Assembly (NCBI GenBank): GCA_963793305.1
Contig: CAWBZV010000005.1
Coordinates: 1-64,000, forward strand
Source: an uncultured Gemmatimonadales bacterium
GTDB taxonomy: Bacteria > Gemmatimonadota > Gemmatimonadetes > Gemmatimonadales > Gemmatimonadaceae
Length of the DNA: 64,000 bases
Direction of reading: 5' to 3'
Position 1 is the first letter of the stretch; each line of letters opens with the position of its first letter. Under the pieces are notes generated by a model. The model had not been told where the DNA came from, did not search any database, and worked only from the letters and a program-made list of their open reading frames with translations. Below are positions 48,945 to 57,940 of this stretch, piece by piece. The translations under genes and the position numbers were made by a program.

Positions 48945-50783
48945 CTACACTGATGTGGTTCGCTGCTTGGGGCTGGGCAGCTTCCACCGGAGCAGCAAGA
49001 GCTCCATGAGTAGTTTCACGTGACCGGCGATCGTCCGCAGCACTTTCATCTTCGACCGTCCGATCATGCGAACAGCGAGCGTCGTGGGGAACTCGACGAT
49101 CCGCGATCCCGTGAGATCGAGCTTCCCGATCATCTCGGCGACACCGAGGAATCCCGGATGGTCGATGTTGGTGGGCGCGACGGCGTCGCGGCGATAGACC
49201 CGGAAGCAGCTCGTGTACGTCGCGAGCCGCTGGTGGAGGACGACCCGGTACATGCGCGACAGCGTCTTCGACAGCGTGAGCCGCCAGCGCGGCACGTTGA
49301 GGACCGCGCCCTTCGGGTGGTACGGCGACGCCGTCACCAGATCCACGCCATCCGCGAGGAGGGGGATCATGCGCGCGAGCTCGTGCGGATCGTACGTGCA
49401 GTCACAGTCCATGGAACACACGATCTCGGTCGATGCCTTCCGAATCCCCGTCATGATCCCGGCCGCGACGCCGCGATTGTGCGCGTGACGAACCATCACG
49501 CAGTTCGCCCGCTCGCCGAAGATGCGGTGCAGTGCCGGCCAGGTATTATCGGTCGAGTGATCGTCGACGAAGATGAACGTGAGGTCGAACTGTGCGAGCT
49601 GTTCCTCGACGCTGTTGAGCGTGTTCGCGAGATACGGGAGGATCAGCTCCTCGTTGTAGCACGGGATAACGACCGTCACCGGCGTGCGCGTCGCGGGCAA
49701 GGATACTGGCGCCGCCGCGACCGCGCCGGTGGTGATGACCGGCGCCGGCCCCGATGTCCGCGCGCGCAGCATCCGCGCCGGTTGAGGGACGGCGGGCAGC
49801 GATGTCACGCCCTCCGTTCGGGTCAGCGTCATGTTGTTGACGCCGATGTAATCGGCCGCGCTCGTGAACCGATACCGGCTCAGGTAATAGCGCAGGTACT
49901 CCGGCATGAGGCGGAGGTTGCGATACTGACGGACGCGCTGCATCCACGGCGCCGACTGGATCTTCGGCTGATCCGGATCGAGCTCCCACGTGTGGAAGTA
50001 CATCACGAACGGCGCCGAGAACGTGCGCGTCCAGTGCGAGACACCGCGCCGGACGAGTCCATGCGGCAGCTGGCGGAAGTAGTTCCCACCGGCGATCGGA
50101 ACGAGGAATCCCAGAATGTCCGCCGTCGAGATCGGCAGCTCCCACAGTGTGCGATCGCCGTAGCGGTGCAGGTGCGCGAATCGGCGCCACGGCTCCGAGG
50201 CATACGAGCGCAGAATCGGCCCGATGCTCGAGTCGTACTCGTATCCCTGCTCGGCCAACACGTCGAGCGCCCACAGATCCGAAGGGCGGAACCACCGGTC
50301 GGCGACGCGGTATCCCACGACGCGCTGTCCGCCGGCGTGCTCGATCGCTTCGCGCGAGCGCGCGAGGTCGTCCCGGAACTCGCCCGGTGTCAGCTGCTGG
50401 ACATTGCGGTGATAGTAGCCCTTGCTCGCGATCTCATGGCCGCGATTCGCGACCTGGCGGACGAGCTCGGGCACTTGGTCTGCGACCCAGCCGAGGACGA
50501 AGAAGGTCGCGTGGACCCCGTATTCGTCCAGGAGGTCGAGGGTACGCTCAGTGGATTGCTCCAGCCGGCGCTCGAACCGGTACCATTGGCCGCGCTGAAT
50601 CAGGCGGTTGAAGGCGCCGACGTGGAAGTAATCTTCCAGCGCGATCGTGAGGACGTGGGTGCCGGTATCCCCGGACGCCGTCGCCCCAATGTCGCCTTGC
50701 GAGCGTCGGATAGGCAGCGCCGCCGCGGTCGACCAGTTGCCTCGGCGGCCCGAAGGGTCTAGCGAGAGGGTAGGGCCTTTCAC
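48945..50783 (-). CDS. Polysaccharide deacetylase (DUF3473 type) - GT2 fusion protein
   Basis: N-terminal LEDYFHV..F, HEIASKG, GG.YFR, YFHTWELDP.QP; Pro/Ala linker; C-terminal VVIPCYNEE, VDDHSTD, MDCDCTYDP, TSCFRVYRR. Confidence 0.88.
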   Translation of the reverse strand: MKGPTLSLDPSGRRGNWSTAAALPIRRSQGDIGATASGDTGTHVLTIALEDYFHVGAFNRLIQRGQWYRFERRLEQSTERTLDLLDEYGVHATFFVLGWVADQVPELVRQVANRGHEIASKGYYHRNVQQLTPGEFRDDLARSREAIEHAGGQRVVGYRVADRWFRPSDLWALDVLAEQGYEYDSSIGPILRSYASEPWRRFAHLHRYGDRTLWELPISTADILGFLVPIAGGNYFRQLPHGLVRRGVSHWTRTFSAPFVMYFHTWELDPDQPKIQSAPWMQRVRQYRNLRLMPEYLRYYLSRYRFTSAADYIGVNNMTLTRTEGVTSLPAVPQPARMLRARTSGPAPVITTGAVAAAPVSLPATRTPVTVVIPCYNEELILPYLANTLNSVEEQLAQFDLTFIFVDDHSTDNTWPALHRIFGERANCVMVRHAHNRGVAAGIMTGIRKASTEIVCSMDCDCTYDPHELARMIPLLADGVDLVTASPYHPKGAVLNVPRWRLTLSKTLSRMYRVVLHQRLATYTSCFRVYRRDAVAPTNIDHPGFLGVAEMIGKLDLTGSRIVEFPTTLAVRMIGRSKMKVLRTIAGHVKLLMELLLLRWKLPSPKQRTTSV

Positions 50784-50797
50784 AGCCAGTTAGTCAT

Positions 50798-50813
50798 AGC
50801 AAGCCTACGGCCA
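50798..50813 (-). promoter_or_regulatory. Candidate sigma-54 promoter
   Basis: Minus strand TGGCCGTAGGCTTGCT (GG-N10-GC) 16 nt upstream of the GTG at 50783. Confidence 0.5.
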
Positions 50814-50884
50814 CCATGTGGCTTTCGCTAACAGACACAGCCGTCTAACTTTGCGCGTCTTCGGGCCACTCCAGCGCGGCCGGC

Positions 50885-51958
50885 GTGTTGCAAACATACG
50901 ACAATCTCGCAGTTCTCCATGTGGTTGCGCCAGGGCAGGTAGGCGGGCTCGAGAGTGTCGTCCTTGCCCTCACGGCCGCCCAGGCGGCCCGTGGGGACCG
51001 GGTACACGTGGCCGCCATAGTAGACGAGCCAACCCCTCAGCGCCATACGTTTATCGAGGCCTTGGGGGTCGAACGCACGGTGATCGCGCTGCCGCCCCGG
51101 GCATACGGCCGCGAACGCGCGGGCATAGCCGACGTGTGCGGCCGCATACGACCCGACGTTGTCCATACGCACGGCTATCGGACCGACGTAATCGATTCTG
51201 GCGTGGCCCGCCGAATGGGCATCCCTACGGTCACTACGGTCCACGGCTTCACCGGAATCGGCGGCTGGCGAGGGCGCCTCTACGAGTACCTTCAGCGTCG
51301 GGCTTTTCGTCGCTTCGATGCTGTGGTCGCCGTCTCGCGTCCGCTCGTCACGTTGCTGACCAACGATGGCGTCGCCCCCGATCGCGTACACATGATCCCC
51401 AACGCCTATGCCCCTGGTGAGTTCATCGCCCGCGACGACGCCCGCCGCACGCTCGGCCTCGGCGATGGCTTCATCGCCGGGTGGATCGGCCGCCTTTCTC
51501 AGGAAAAAGCTCCCGATGTTTTCGTGGCAGCGGTTGACCTGGTAGAGGGAATGTCTGCCGCGATAATTGGGAGCGGTCGCGAAGCGCCGCGTCATTCGCT
51601 CCGAGTAAAAATGCTCGGCCAGGTCGCCGATGCCGCACGCTTGATGAAGGCTTTCGATGTGCTCGTGCTGAGCTCACGAACAGAGGGAACGCCGATGGTG
51701 TTGTTCGAAGCGATGGCCGCACAGGTGCCCGTTGTCGCGACGGCAGTCGGCGGCGTCCCGGATGTCGTGCGCGAGACCGAAGCCTTGCTCGTCCCCCCGG
51801 AACGCCCGGATGCATTGGCCCGCGCCATGGCCGCGGTACGTGACAACCCGGACGCGGCTCGAGCGCGGGCTCGAGCTGCGGCAACGCGAATGTCGACCGA
51901 ATACGCCGTCGGGCCATGGGTCGAGCGCTACGCCGCGGTCTACCGGGGCGTGTTGTGA
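50885..51958 (+). CDS. Glycosyltransferase family 4
   Basis: GGLE, VHTHG, IGRLSQEK, EGTPMVLFEAM..VPVVAT.VGG. Confidence 0.9.
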   Translation: MLQTYDNLAVLHVVAPGQVGGLESVVLALTAAQAARGDRVHVAAIVDEPTPQRHTFIEALGVERTVIALPPRAYGRERAGIADVCGRIRPDVVHTHGYRTDVIDSGVARRMGIPTVTTVHGFTGIGGWRGRLYEYLQRRAFRRFDAVVAVSRPLVTLLTNDGVAPDRVHMIPNAYAPGEFIARDDARRTLGLGDGFIAGWIGRLSQEKAPDVFVAAVDLVEGMSAAIIGSGREAPRHSLRVKMLGQVADAARLMKAFDVLVLSSRTEGTPMVLFEAMAAQVPVVATAVGGVPDVVRETEALLVPPERPDALARAMAAVRDNPDAARARARAAATRMSTEYAVGPWVERYAAVYRGVL

Positions 51959-53112
51959 TCATTCTCGCCTGGATTCTCGTCGCCGCTCCAGTTGCGCTCG
52001 CCGTATACGCCTACGCGCTCTATCCTGCGCTCCTCCGACTGCTGGCGCTCGGGCGCTCCGCACCGGGGACATTGAGCGATCCAACGTCCTGGCCATGCAT
52101 CAGCATCACGGTCCCGGCGTACAACGAAGAACGCGCCATCCGTGCGACGATCGAGAATCTGCTCGCCTGCGACTATCCAGCGGATTGCCGCGAGATCATG
52201 GTCGTCTCGGATGCATCGACTGATGGGACCGACGCGATTGTCACCGAGTACGCCGACCGCGGGGTCACCCTGCTGCGCTTGCCGCAGCGTGGTGGCAAGA
52301 CCGCGGCCGAGAACGCCGCCGGCGCCGCGGTGCGGCACGACATCGTGATCAACACGGATGCCTCGGTGCGCGTCAGGCGCGACAGCCTCAAGCCCCTCGT
52401 CCGCATGTTCGGCGACCCGACCGTCGGCGTCGCATCGGGCCGCGATGTCAGCGTCGGCGATGTCGCCGCCGAAAGCAGTTCCGGCGAGTCCGGCTACGTC
52501 GGATACGAGATGGGCCTGCGTGCACTCGAAACGCGCGTCGGCTCAATCATTGGCGCCTCCGGATGCTTTTACGCATTTCGCCGCTCGGTGTACGACACAC
52601 AATTTCCCGATGCGCTTTCCCGTGATTTCGCGAGTGTGCTCATCGCGCGTGAACAAGGCTATCGCTCGGTATCAGTGGACGAAGCGGTCTGTTTCGTCCC
52701 TCGCACGGTCTCGCTCGAAGCGGAGTTCCGCCGGAAGATTCGCACGATGGCGCGCGGGCTGGCGACCTTGTGGTACAAGCGCGCGCTGCTCAACCCATTT
52801 CGCTATGGCGCATTCTCCTTCATGCTCGCGTCCCACAAGCTCGCCCGCTGGCTGGTGTACGCGGCACTCCCGTTTGCGGCGGTTGGTCTCCTCGTGCTCG
52901 GCACCACAGGTCGCTTAGGGCTAGCTGTCCTGGCATTGAGCATACTCGGAGTAGCCGCGGGCGTGCTGGGTATGCGTTGGCGCGGAGCGCCACGTGTCAT
53001 CCGAATGAGCGGCTTCGCCTTCGCGAGCGCCTTGGCCGGTGTCATTGCGTGGCGCGATGCGCTCGCCCGCAAGCGCCGTCCGATCTGGGAGCCTACGCGC
53101 CGCCCTGCTTGA
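51955..53112 (+). CDS. Glycosyltransferase family 2 (membrane-associated)
   Basis: N-terminal TM, PAYNEE, SDASTD, GK..A.N, DA, GASG..YA.R, EF.RK.R. Confidence 0.9.
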   Translation: MIILAWILVAAPVALAVYAYALYPALLRLLALGRSAPGTLSDPTSWPCISITVPAYNEERAIRATIENLLACDYPADCREIMVVSDASTDGTDAIVTEYADRGVTLLRLPQRGGKTAAENAAGAAVRHDIVINTDASVRVRRDSLKPLVRMFGDPTVGVASGRDVSVGDVAAESSSGESGYVGYEMGLRALETRVGSIIGASGCFYAFRRSVYDTQFPDALSRDFASVLIAREQGYRSVSVDEAVCFVPRTVSLEAEFRRKIRTMARGLATLWYKRALLNPFRYGAFSFMLASHKLARWLVYAALPFAAVGLLVLGTTGRLGLAVLALSILGVAAGVLGMRWRGAPRVIRMSGFAFASALAGVIAWRDALARKRRPIWEPTRRPA

Positions 53113-53986
53113 GTCGCCAGACGACGACCGCTGCCCACAAGAGAACCGTGATGATGAGCGGCGGATCCGCCCACACCGCGTCTGTGGGCGACTCCCCCCG
53201 CCCGCCGGTCTCGACGATATACCAGTAGCGAAAGAGCCCGAACAGGACGAAGGGAATCGTCACGTTGAGCTTGGGCCGCACCGTCACGACGAACAATCCG
53301 TAGAACATGATCGCCGACAGCGCCGCCGTCTCGGCATACCGGTCGAGCAGCCGCAGCGTATAGAACTGCAGCACGGACCGCGACGCATCGCCAGTCGTCG
53401 CGAGCTCGTCTCGCCGCTTGATGGCGGCGAGATACAACGCCAGCGAGAGCGTCGTCACCATCATCCACGTCGACAACGGCACGTCGATGGCGACCGCGCC
53501 CCCGTAGACGCGCAGCACAAACCCCGCGGCCAGGCAGAAGATGTCGATGACGGGGATGTGTTTCAACTTGAGCGAATACGCCAGATTGAGCCCGATGTAC
53601 CCGACCGCGACTGCCGCCGTCGGCGGACTCCAGACGAAGGACGCGAGAACGATCGCGTACAGCACTCCCAGGAGCACCTTCGCGGCGCCGGGCTTGACCT
53701 CGCCGGACGCCAGCGGCCGCTTGCGCGACTTGACCGGATGCTGAGCATCGGCCTCCCGGTCCTTGAGGTCGTTGAAGACATAGGTGGCCGAGGACGCAAC
53801 GCAGAACAGCGCGAACGCAATGAATGCTTGCCCGACGGCGGCGGGCTTGACGAACTCTCCCGAGAAAATGAGCGGGGCGAGCACGAACCCGTTCTTGATC
53901 CATTGGCGAGGCCGAAGAAGCCTCACCAGTGGGAACACTGCAGGCCGGGCGACCTGACCCGCGCGGTCGCCGACTGCGTCCGCCAT
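53093..53986 (-). CDS. Decaprenyl(polyprenyl)-phosphate phosphoribosyltransferase, UbiA family
   Basis: RP.QWIKN.FV.APL.F, Y.FND..D.E.D..HP.K..RPLASG, YS..LK, GFVLR, KRR.EL, FRY, GESPT. Confidence 0.85.
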   Translation of the reverse strand: MADAVGDRAGQVARPAVFPLVRLLRPRQWIKNGFVLAPLIFSGEFVKPAAVGQAFIAFALFCVASSATYVFNDLKDREADAQHPVKSRKRPLASGEVKPGAAKVLLGVLYAIVLASFVWSPPTAAVAVGYIGLNLAYSLKLKHIPVIDIFCLAAGFVLRVYGGAVAIDVPLSTWMMVTTLSLALYLAAIKRRDELATTGDASRSVLQFYTLRLLDRYAETAALSAIMFYGLFVVTVRPKLNVTIPFVLFGLFRYWYIVETGGRGESPTDAVWADPPLIITVLLWAAVVVWRLKQGGA

Positions 53987-53991
53987 GAGCG

Positions 53992-54780
53992 CTACCAGCC
54001 GCCCCGTTTGAAGAGCATCACGGGGACGGTGCGCAGCATGATGCGCATGTCTTCGATGACACTCTGGCGCCGCAGATACTCGAGGTCGAGGTCGACCTTC
54101 TTGCGCACGTCCTCGATCGTGCTGTCGTACGCGAGATTGACCTGCGCCCACCCGGTGATGCCGGGCTTGGCGCGCTGGCGCAGCGAATAATCCCCGATAT
54201 CCTGGCGCAGCCGCGCGAAGATGGTCGGACGCTCGGGACGCGGGCCGACGATGTTCATGTCGCCCTTGACCACGTTGAACAGCTGCGGCAGCTCATCGAG
54301 CCGCGTTTTCCGCAAGAACCGTCCCACATACGTCACGCGCGGATCGTTCTTGGTGGCCCACACGGCGCCCGACTGCGTCTCGGCGTCGCACCGCATCGAG
54401 CGGAACTTGTAGATCGTGAACACCGACCCGCCGTGGTCGCTCGCGCGGCGGTCATAGAGCGCCAGCGCGCGGCGCGACCGGCGATCGATGCCGACACGAT
54501 CCTGCGTGTAGAGGACCGGGCCCGGCGAGGTCAGCCACACCGCGAGCGCCACGAGCAGGAACACCGGCAGCAGCAGCACGATGGCCAGCGACGCCAAGAC
54601 GATGTTGATCACGCGGTTGATCATTTCGGATCGCGTGCGTGGAACAACCGATACCGCGGTCGGCGTGATCAGCGTGCCCGGTGCGGGCGCGGTGATCGGC
54701 CTGAGGGATACACCTCCCGACGAACGATAAGGTCGGCGGTCGCCTGACGTGCGGGTCGCGGCCAGCGAGGGTAAGGTCAT
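53992..54780 (-). CDS. Priming sugar transferase (polyprenyl-phosphate glycosyl-1-phosphate transferase)
   Basis: [56 protein letters not shown]. Confidence 0.93.
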   Translation of the reverse strand: MTLPSLAATRTSGDRRPYRSSGGVSLRPITAPAPGTLITPTAVSVVPRTRSEMINRVINIVLASLAIVLLLPVFLLVALAVWLTSPGPVLYTQDRVGIDRRSRRALALYDRRASDHGGSVFTIYKFRSMRCDAETQSGAVWATKNDPRVTYVGRFLRKTRLDELPQLFNVVKGDMNIVGPRPERPTIFARLRQDIGDYSLRQRAKPGITGWAQVNLAYDSTIEDVRKKVDLDLEYLRRQSVIEDMRIMLRTVPVMLFKRGGW

Positions 54781-54788
54781 GGGAGTGT

Positions 54789-55565
54789 CTAGTGTCTCGT
54801 AACGAGGATGATTATCCCGACGACAGCAGTGAGGCCGCCGATCACGGGTAATACGATCGTCAGGAACGTGCTCGGTTTGGTCGAGCCAACTTCGATCTGA
54901 TCGCCCGCACGCAAACTCAACTGATCGAGCGTGGAGCCGTCTTTGATCGCTTCAGTGACTTCCTTCGATCCCAATACGGGTACGCCTGCGCGCGTCACGA
55001 CCGTATGCTGAATCTCGGACGTATTGCCGAGGCCACCGGCATGCATCACCGCATCGCCCAGCTGCATGTCGGCTGGCAGCGCATAAAAGCCCGGATGCGC
55101 AACACCACCAAGAACAGCGAGGCGGACCAACGACCCAGTCCGGACGACGGGATCACGAAGGAACTTGCTCACCGCGGCGTACACATGGCCCTGCAGCTCC
55201 GAGCGCAGGACGCCGTGCAGCTCGACGTTGGTGAGGGTAGAGAGGTGAACGATCTGTCCCTCGCGGACCGTGAACGTGTCAGTAAGGGCTTGTTGGCCTT
55301 GCACACTGATGAGAACGCGGTCACCGACCTGAAAATCTCCATTGGTCAGACGGTCGTTCAGCGTGGACACCGTCATCCGCGCCAGATCTTTATCCTTGTC
55401 CGATCCTGACTGCGTCTCCCGCTGCGCTACGGCGAGCTGGGATTCGAGCTCGGAGCGCGATGCCTCCGCATTCAGCGTTGGCGGCGGAGTCGTCTGACCC
55501 CCAACGGGAACGGAAACAGAAAGAGCGAAAACAAACGACAGAAGAATCACTGCACTCCTCATCAT
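54789..55565 (-). CDS. Polysaccharide export protein, Wza/SLBB-like
   Basis: Signal peptide, GDRV.I.V.G, V.G.V..PG.Y.L SLBB motif, L.AGD.I.V, C-terminal hydrophobic helix. Confidence 0.8.
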   Translation of the reverse strand: MMRSAVILLSFVFALSVSVPVGGQTTPPPTLNAEASRSELESQLAVAQRETQSGSDKDKDLARMTVSTLNDRLTNGDFQVGDRVLISVQGQQALTDTFTVREGQIVHLSTLTNVELHGVLRSELQGHVYAAVSKFLRDPVVRTGSLVRLAVLGGVAHPGFYALPADMQLGDAVMHAGGLGNTSEIQHTVVTRAGVPVLGSKEVTEAIKDGSTLDQLSLRAGDQIEVGSTKPSTFLTIVLPVIGGLTAVVGIIILVTRH

Positions 55566-56015
55566 GCCCCACGTATACGCACCTGGCGTGCTCGCGTCGC
55601 CTGATACGCCGCGAGATCGTAAGTGCAAGTCCAAGTGTTGGTTGATTCTTATGGAACGGTGCGTACCGTCCAGTTCGTGCGCTTCGCTGTAGGACTGCGC
55701 CCACACATATTCGGCTCGGTCCCCACACTGTAAGCGCGACAGGAACTTACAAGGCCACCTCAACTACTTCGGGCCGGTACTAGCAACGTTTACAGAAACG
55801 GTGATGGCCCACACTGAATCTTTAGGCTTCAAGCGTGCCGCTGTTACATCGATCCTGTGGTGCCAGCGCGGCAGCGTCTCCCACACGGCTGAGTGCGCTA
55901 AAGCGTGTAAACGGTGACACGACAGGAGTTGCGAAATTCGACGCGGGCTGCACGGGACATGCATCCGCGCCGAGCACGACTCACTTCGCAATTTTTTCTA
56001 CCTTCGCAGACAGTT

Positions 56016-56985
56016 ATGGGCGCACCCGTCGCCACTCGACAACCCGATCTCATGCTTGAGACTGACCGGCCGGCGCGTCCGCCCCTGGTTCTGATCGCCA
56101 ACGACCAGGAATGGTCCGCTCGTTCGCTAGAGACGATCCTTGGCCCTCGTGGGTACGCGGTGCTCCGCGCATACAACGGGCGACAAACGTTGTCGATGGC
56201 TCGGAGCATCCAACCCGACGCCGTGATCCTCGACGTACGTCTGCCGGACGCTGACGGATTCGAGATCTGTCGCGCGCTCTACGCGGACAAACATCTCGTT
56301 CCCGGCACGCCGGTGCTCATGACGACCTCCGATCCCGTCAATCGCCAGCAGCAGCTGACGGCGTTCCGGGTCGGTGCTTGGGACTTCATGATGCAGCCGC
56401 TCGATGGCGACGTGCTGCTCCTCAAGCTCGACACGTATGTGCGCGCCAAGCGCGAGGCGGACTCGCTACGGCAGAGATGGCCTGCTCGATCCCGTGACTG
56501 GTGTCTACAACTCGCGCGGCCTCGTGCGCCGCGCGCGCGAGATCGGCGCCGAAGCGCTGCGTCAACGGCACGCGCTCGCCTGCATTGCGTTCGCGCCCGA
56601 GACCGTCTCCTCGGATGACGAGGGCGTCGGTCGTGTCGCCGAGCACCTCGGTGCGCTCATTGGCCGCACCGCGCGTATGTCCGATGCGATCGGCCGACTC
56701 GGCGCCTCCGAGTTCGCGATCGTGGCTCCGTCGACCGAATCCGCGGGCGCGGTGCGCCTCGCCGAGCGCATCCAGCAGGCCATCGCCGCGGCCCCGCTCG
56801 AAGAAACCGAGCGTCCGGCGCTCCACGTGCGCGCGGGGTACTGCGCGGTCGCCGATTTCGCCGCATCGCCCGTTGATGCGGTCGAGATGCTCGTGCGCGC
56901 GGCCTCCGCGCTGCGCCAAAGCCCGGCCGGCGGTCAGCCGGCGATGATACAGGCGTTCGACGAGGGCTCGACCCGGTTCTCCTGA
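56016..56985 (+). CDS. Response regulator REC + degenerate GGDEF domain (frameshift near 56470)
   Basis: REC (LVLIAND, VILDVRLPDADG, GAWDF) joined to D.VTGVYN.R...RMSD-AIGRL-GASEF...A..LAERI. Confidence 0.8.
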
Positions 56986-57887
56986 TCGAACAACGCTGTG
57001 GTGAGATATCGCGCGCCCGAGTCGGGGGCGATGCAAGCCACGCGTGCGTGTGGGCCCAACTCTTTCGCCACTTGCATGGCCGCCCACACGATGGCGCCCG
57101 AGGACATCCCCACAAAGACACCTTCGTCTCGTGCGAGGCGGCGCGCGACCGGGAACGCGTCCTCTTCCCATGCCTGGATGATGCGATCCACCACTGAGCG
57201 GTCGAAGTTCGCCGGCACGAACCCGGGGCCCATTCCCTGAAACTGGTGCGGTCCGCGCTGGCCGCCCGAGAGCACAGGCGAGCGCGCCGGCTCGACCGCG
57301 ATGATCTGAATCGACCGTCTCCTCTCCTTCAAGAATCGTCCAACCCCGCTGATGGTACCCCCAGTGCCGGACCCGTAGACAAAGGCGTCGATGCGCTGAT
57401 CCATCTGCTGCCAGATCTCGGGTCCTGTCGTCGTGTAGTGGATGCGGGGATTCGCGGGATTCGCGAACTGATTCGGCAGCCACGCGCCGGTGGCATTGCG
57501 GATGCGTTCAGCTTCTTCGATCGCCGCGAGCATCCGCCGCTCGGGGTCCGTGAGCACCAGTTCGGCGCCATAGGCCGTGAGTGTGCGCAGCCGCTCCTCG
57601 CTCATCGATGACGGAATCGTGAGTGTCAGATGATAGCCACGCGCGGACGCGACCTGCGCGAGCCCGATGCCGGTGTTGCCCGACGTCGGCTCGACGATAC
57701 GACCGCCCGGCAGCAGTTGGCCGCACTCCTCGGCGTCGAGAATCATGCCGAGCGCGGTGCGATCCTTGATCGATCCACCCGGGTTCATGCCCTCCATCTT
57801 GACCCAGACTTCGGCCATCCCGGGCTCGACGACTCGCTCGAGGCGGACGATCGGCGTCCGGCCGATCGAGCTATCAATTCGCGGCAT
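56934..57887 (-). CDS. cysK: Cysteine synthase (O-acetylserine sulfhydrylase)
   Basis: IG.TP.V.L, NPGGSIKDR, EPTSGNTGIGLA, NQFANPAN, GTGGT, G.SSGA, PDSG.RYL. Confidence 0.93.
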   Translation of the reverse strand: MPRIDSSIGRTPIVRLERVVEPGMAEVWVKMEGMNPGGSIKDRTALGMILDAEECGQLLPGGRIVEPTSGNTGIGLAQVASARGYHLTLTIPSSMSEERLRTLTAYGAELVLTDPERRMLAAIEEAERIRNATGAWLPNQFANPANPRIHYTTTGPEIWQQMDQRIDAFVYGSGTGGTISGVGRFLKERRRSIQIIAVEPARSPVLSGGQRGPHQFQGMGPGFVPANFDRSVVDRIIQAWEEDAFPVARRLARDEGVFVGMSSGAIVWAAMQVAKELGPHARVACIAPDSGARYLTTALFDQENRVEPSSNACIIAG

Positions 57888-57940
57888 ACTCGAAACGTAA
57901 CGTTGTTGGCAGGGATGAGTCCGAGGTTTACTGTAGAGGC

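Noticed and set aside
360..56480. Programmed ribosomal frameshifting or true pseudogenes
   Set aside because: No slippery heptamers, no additional stops or decay, and the shifts are scattered over unrelated genes; assembly error is more parsimonious, though unproven.
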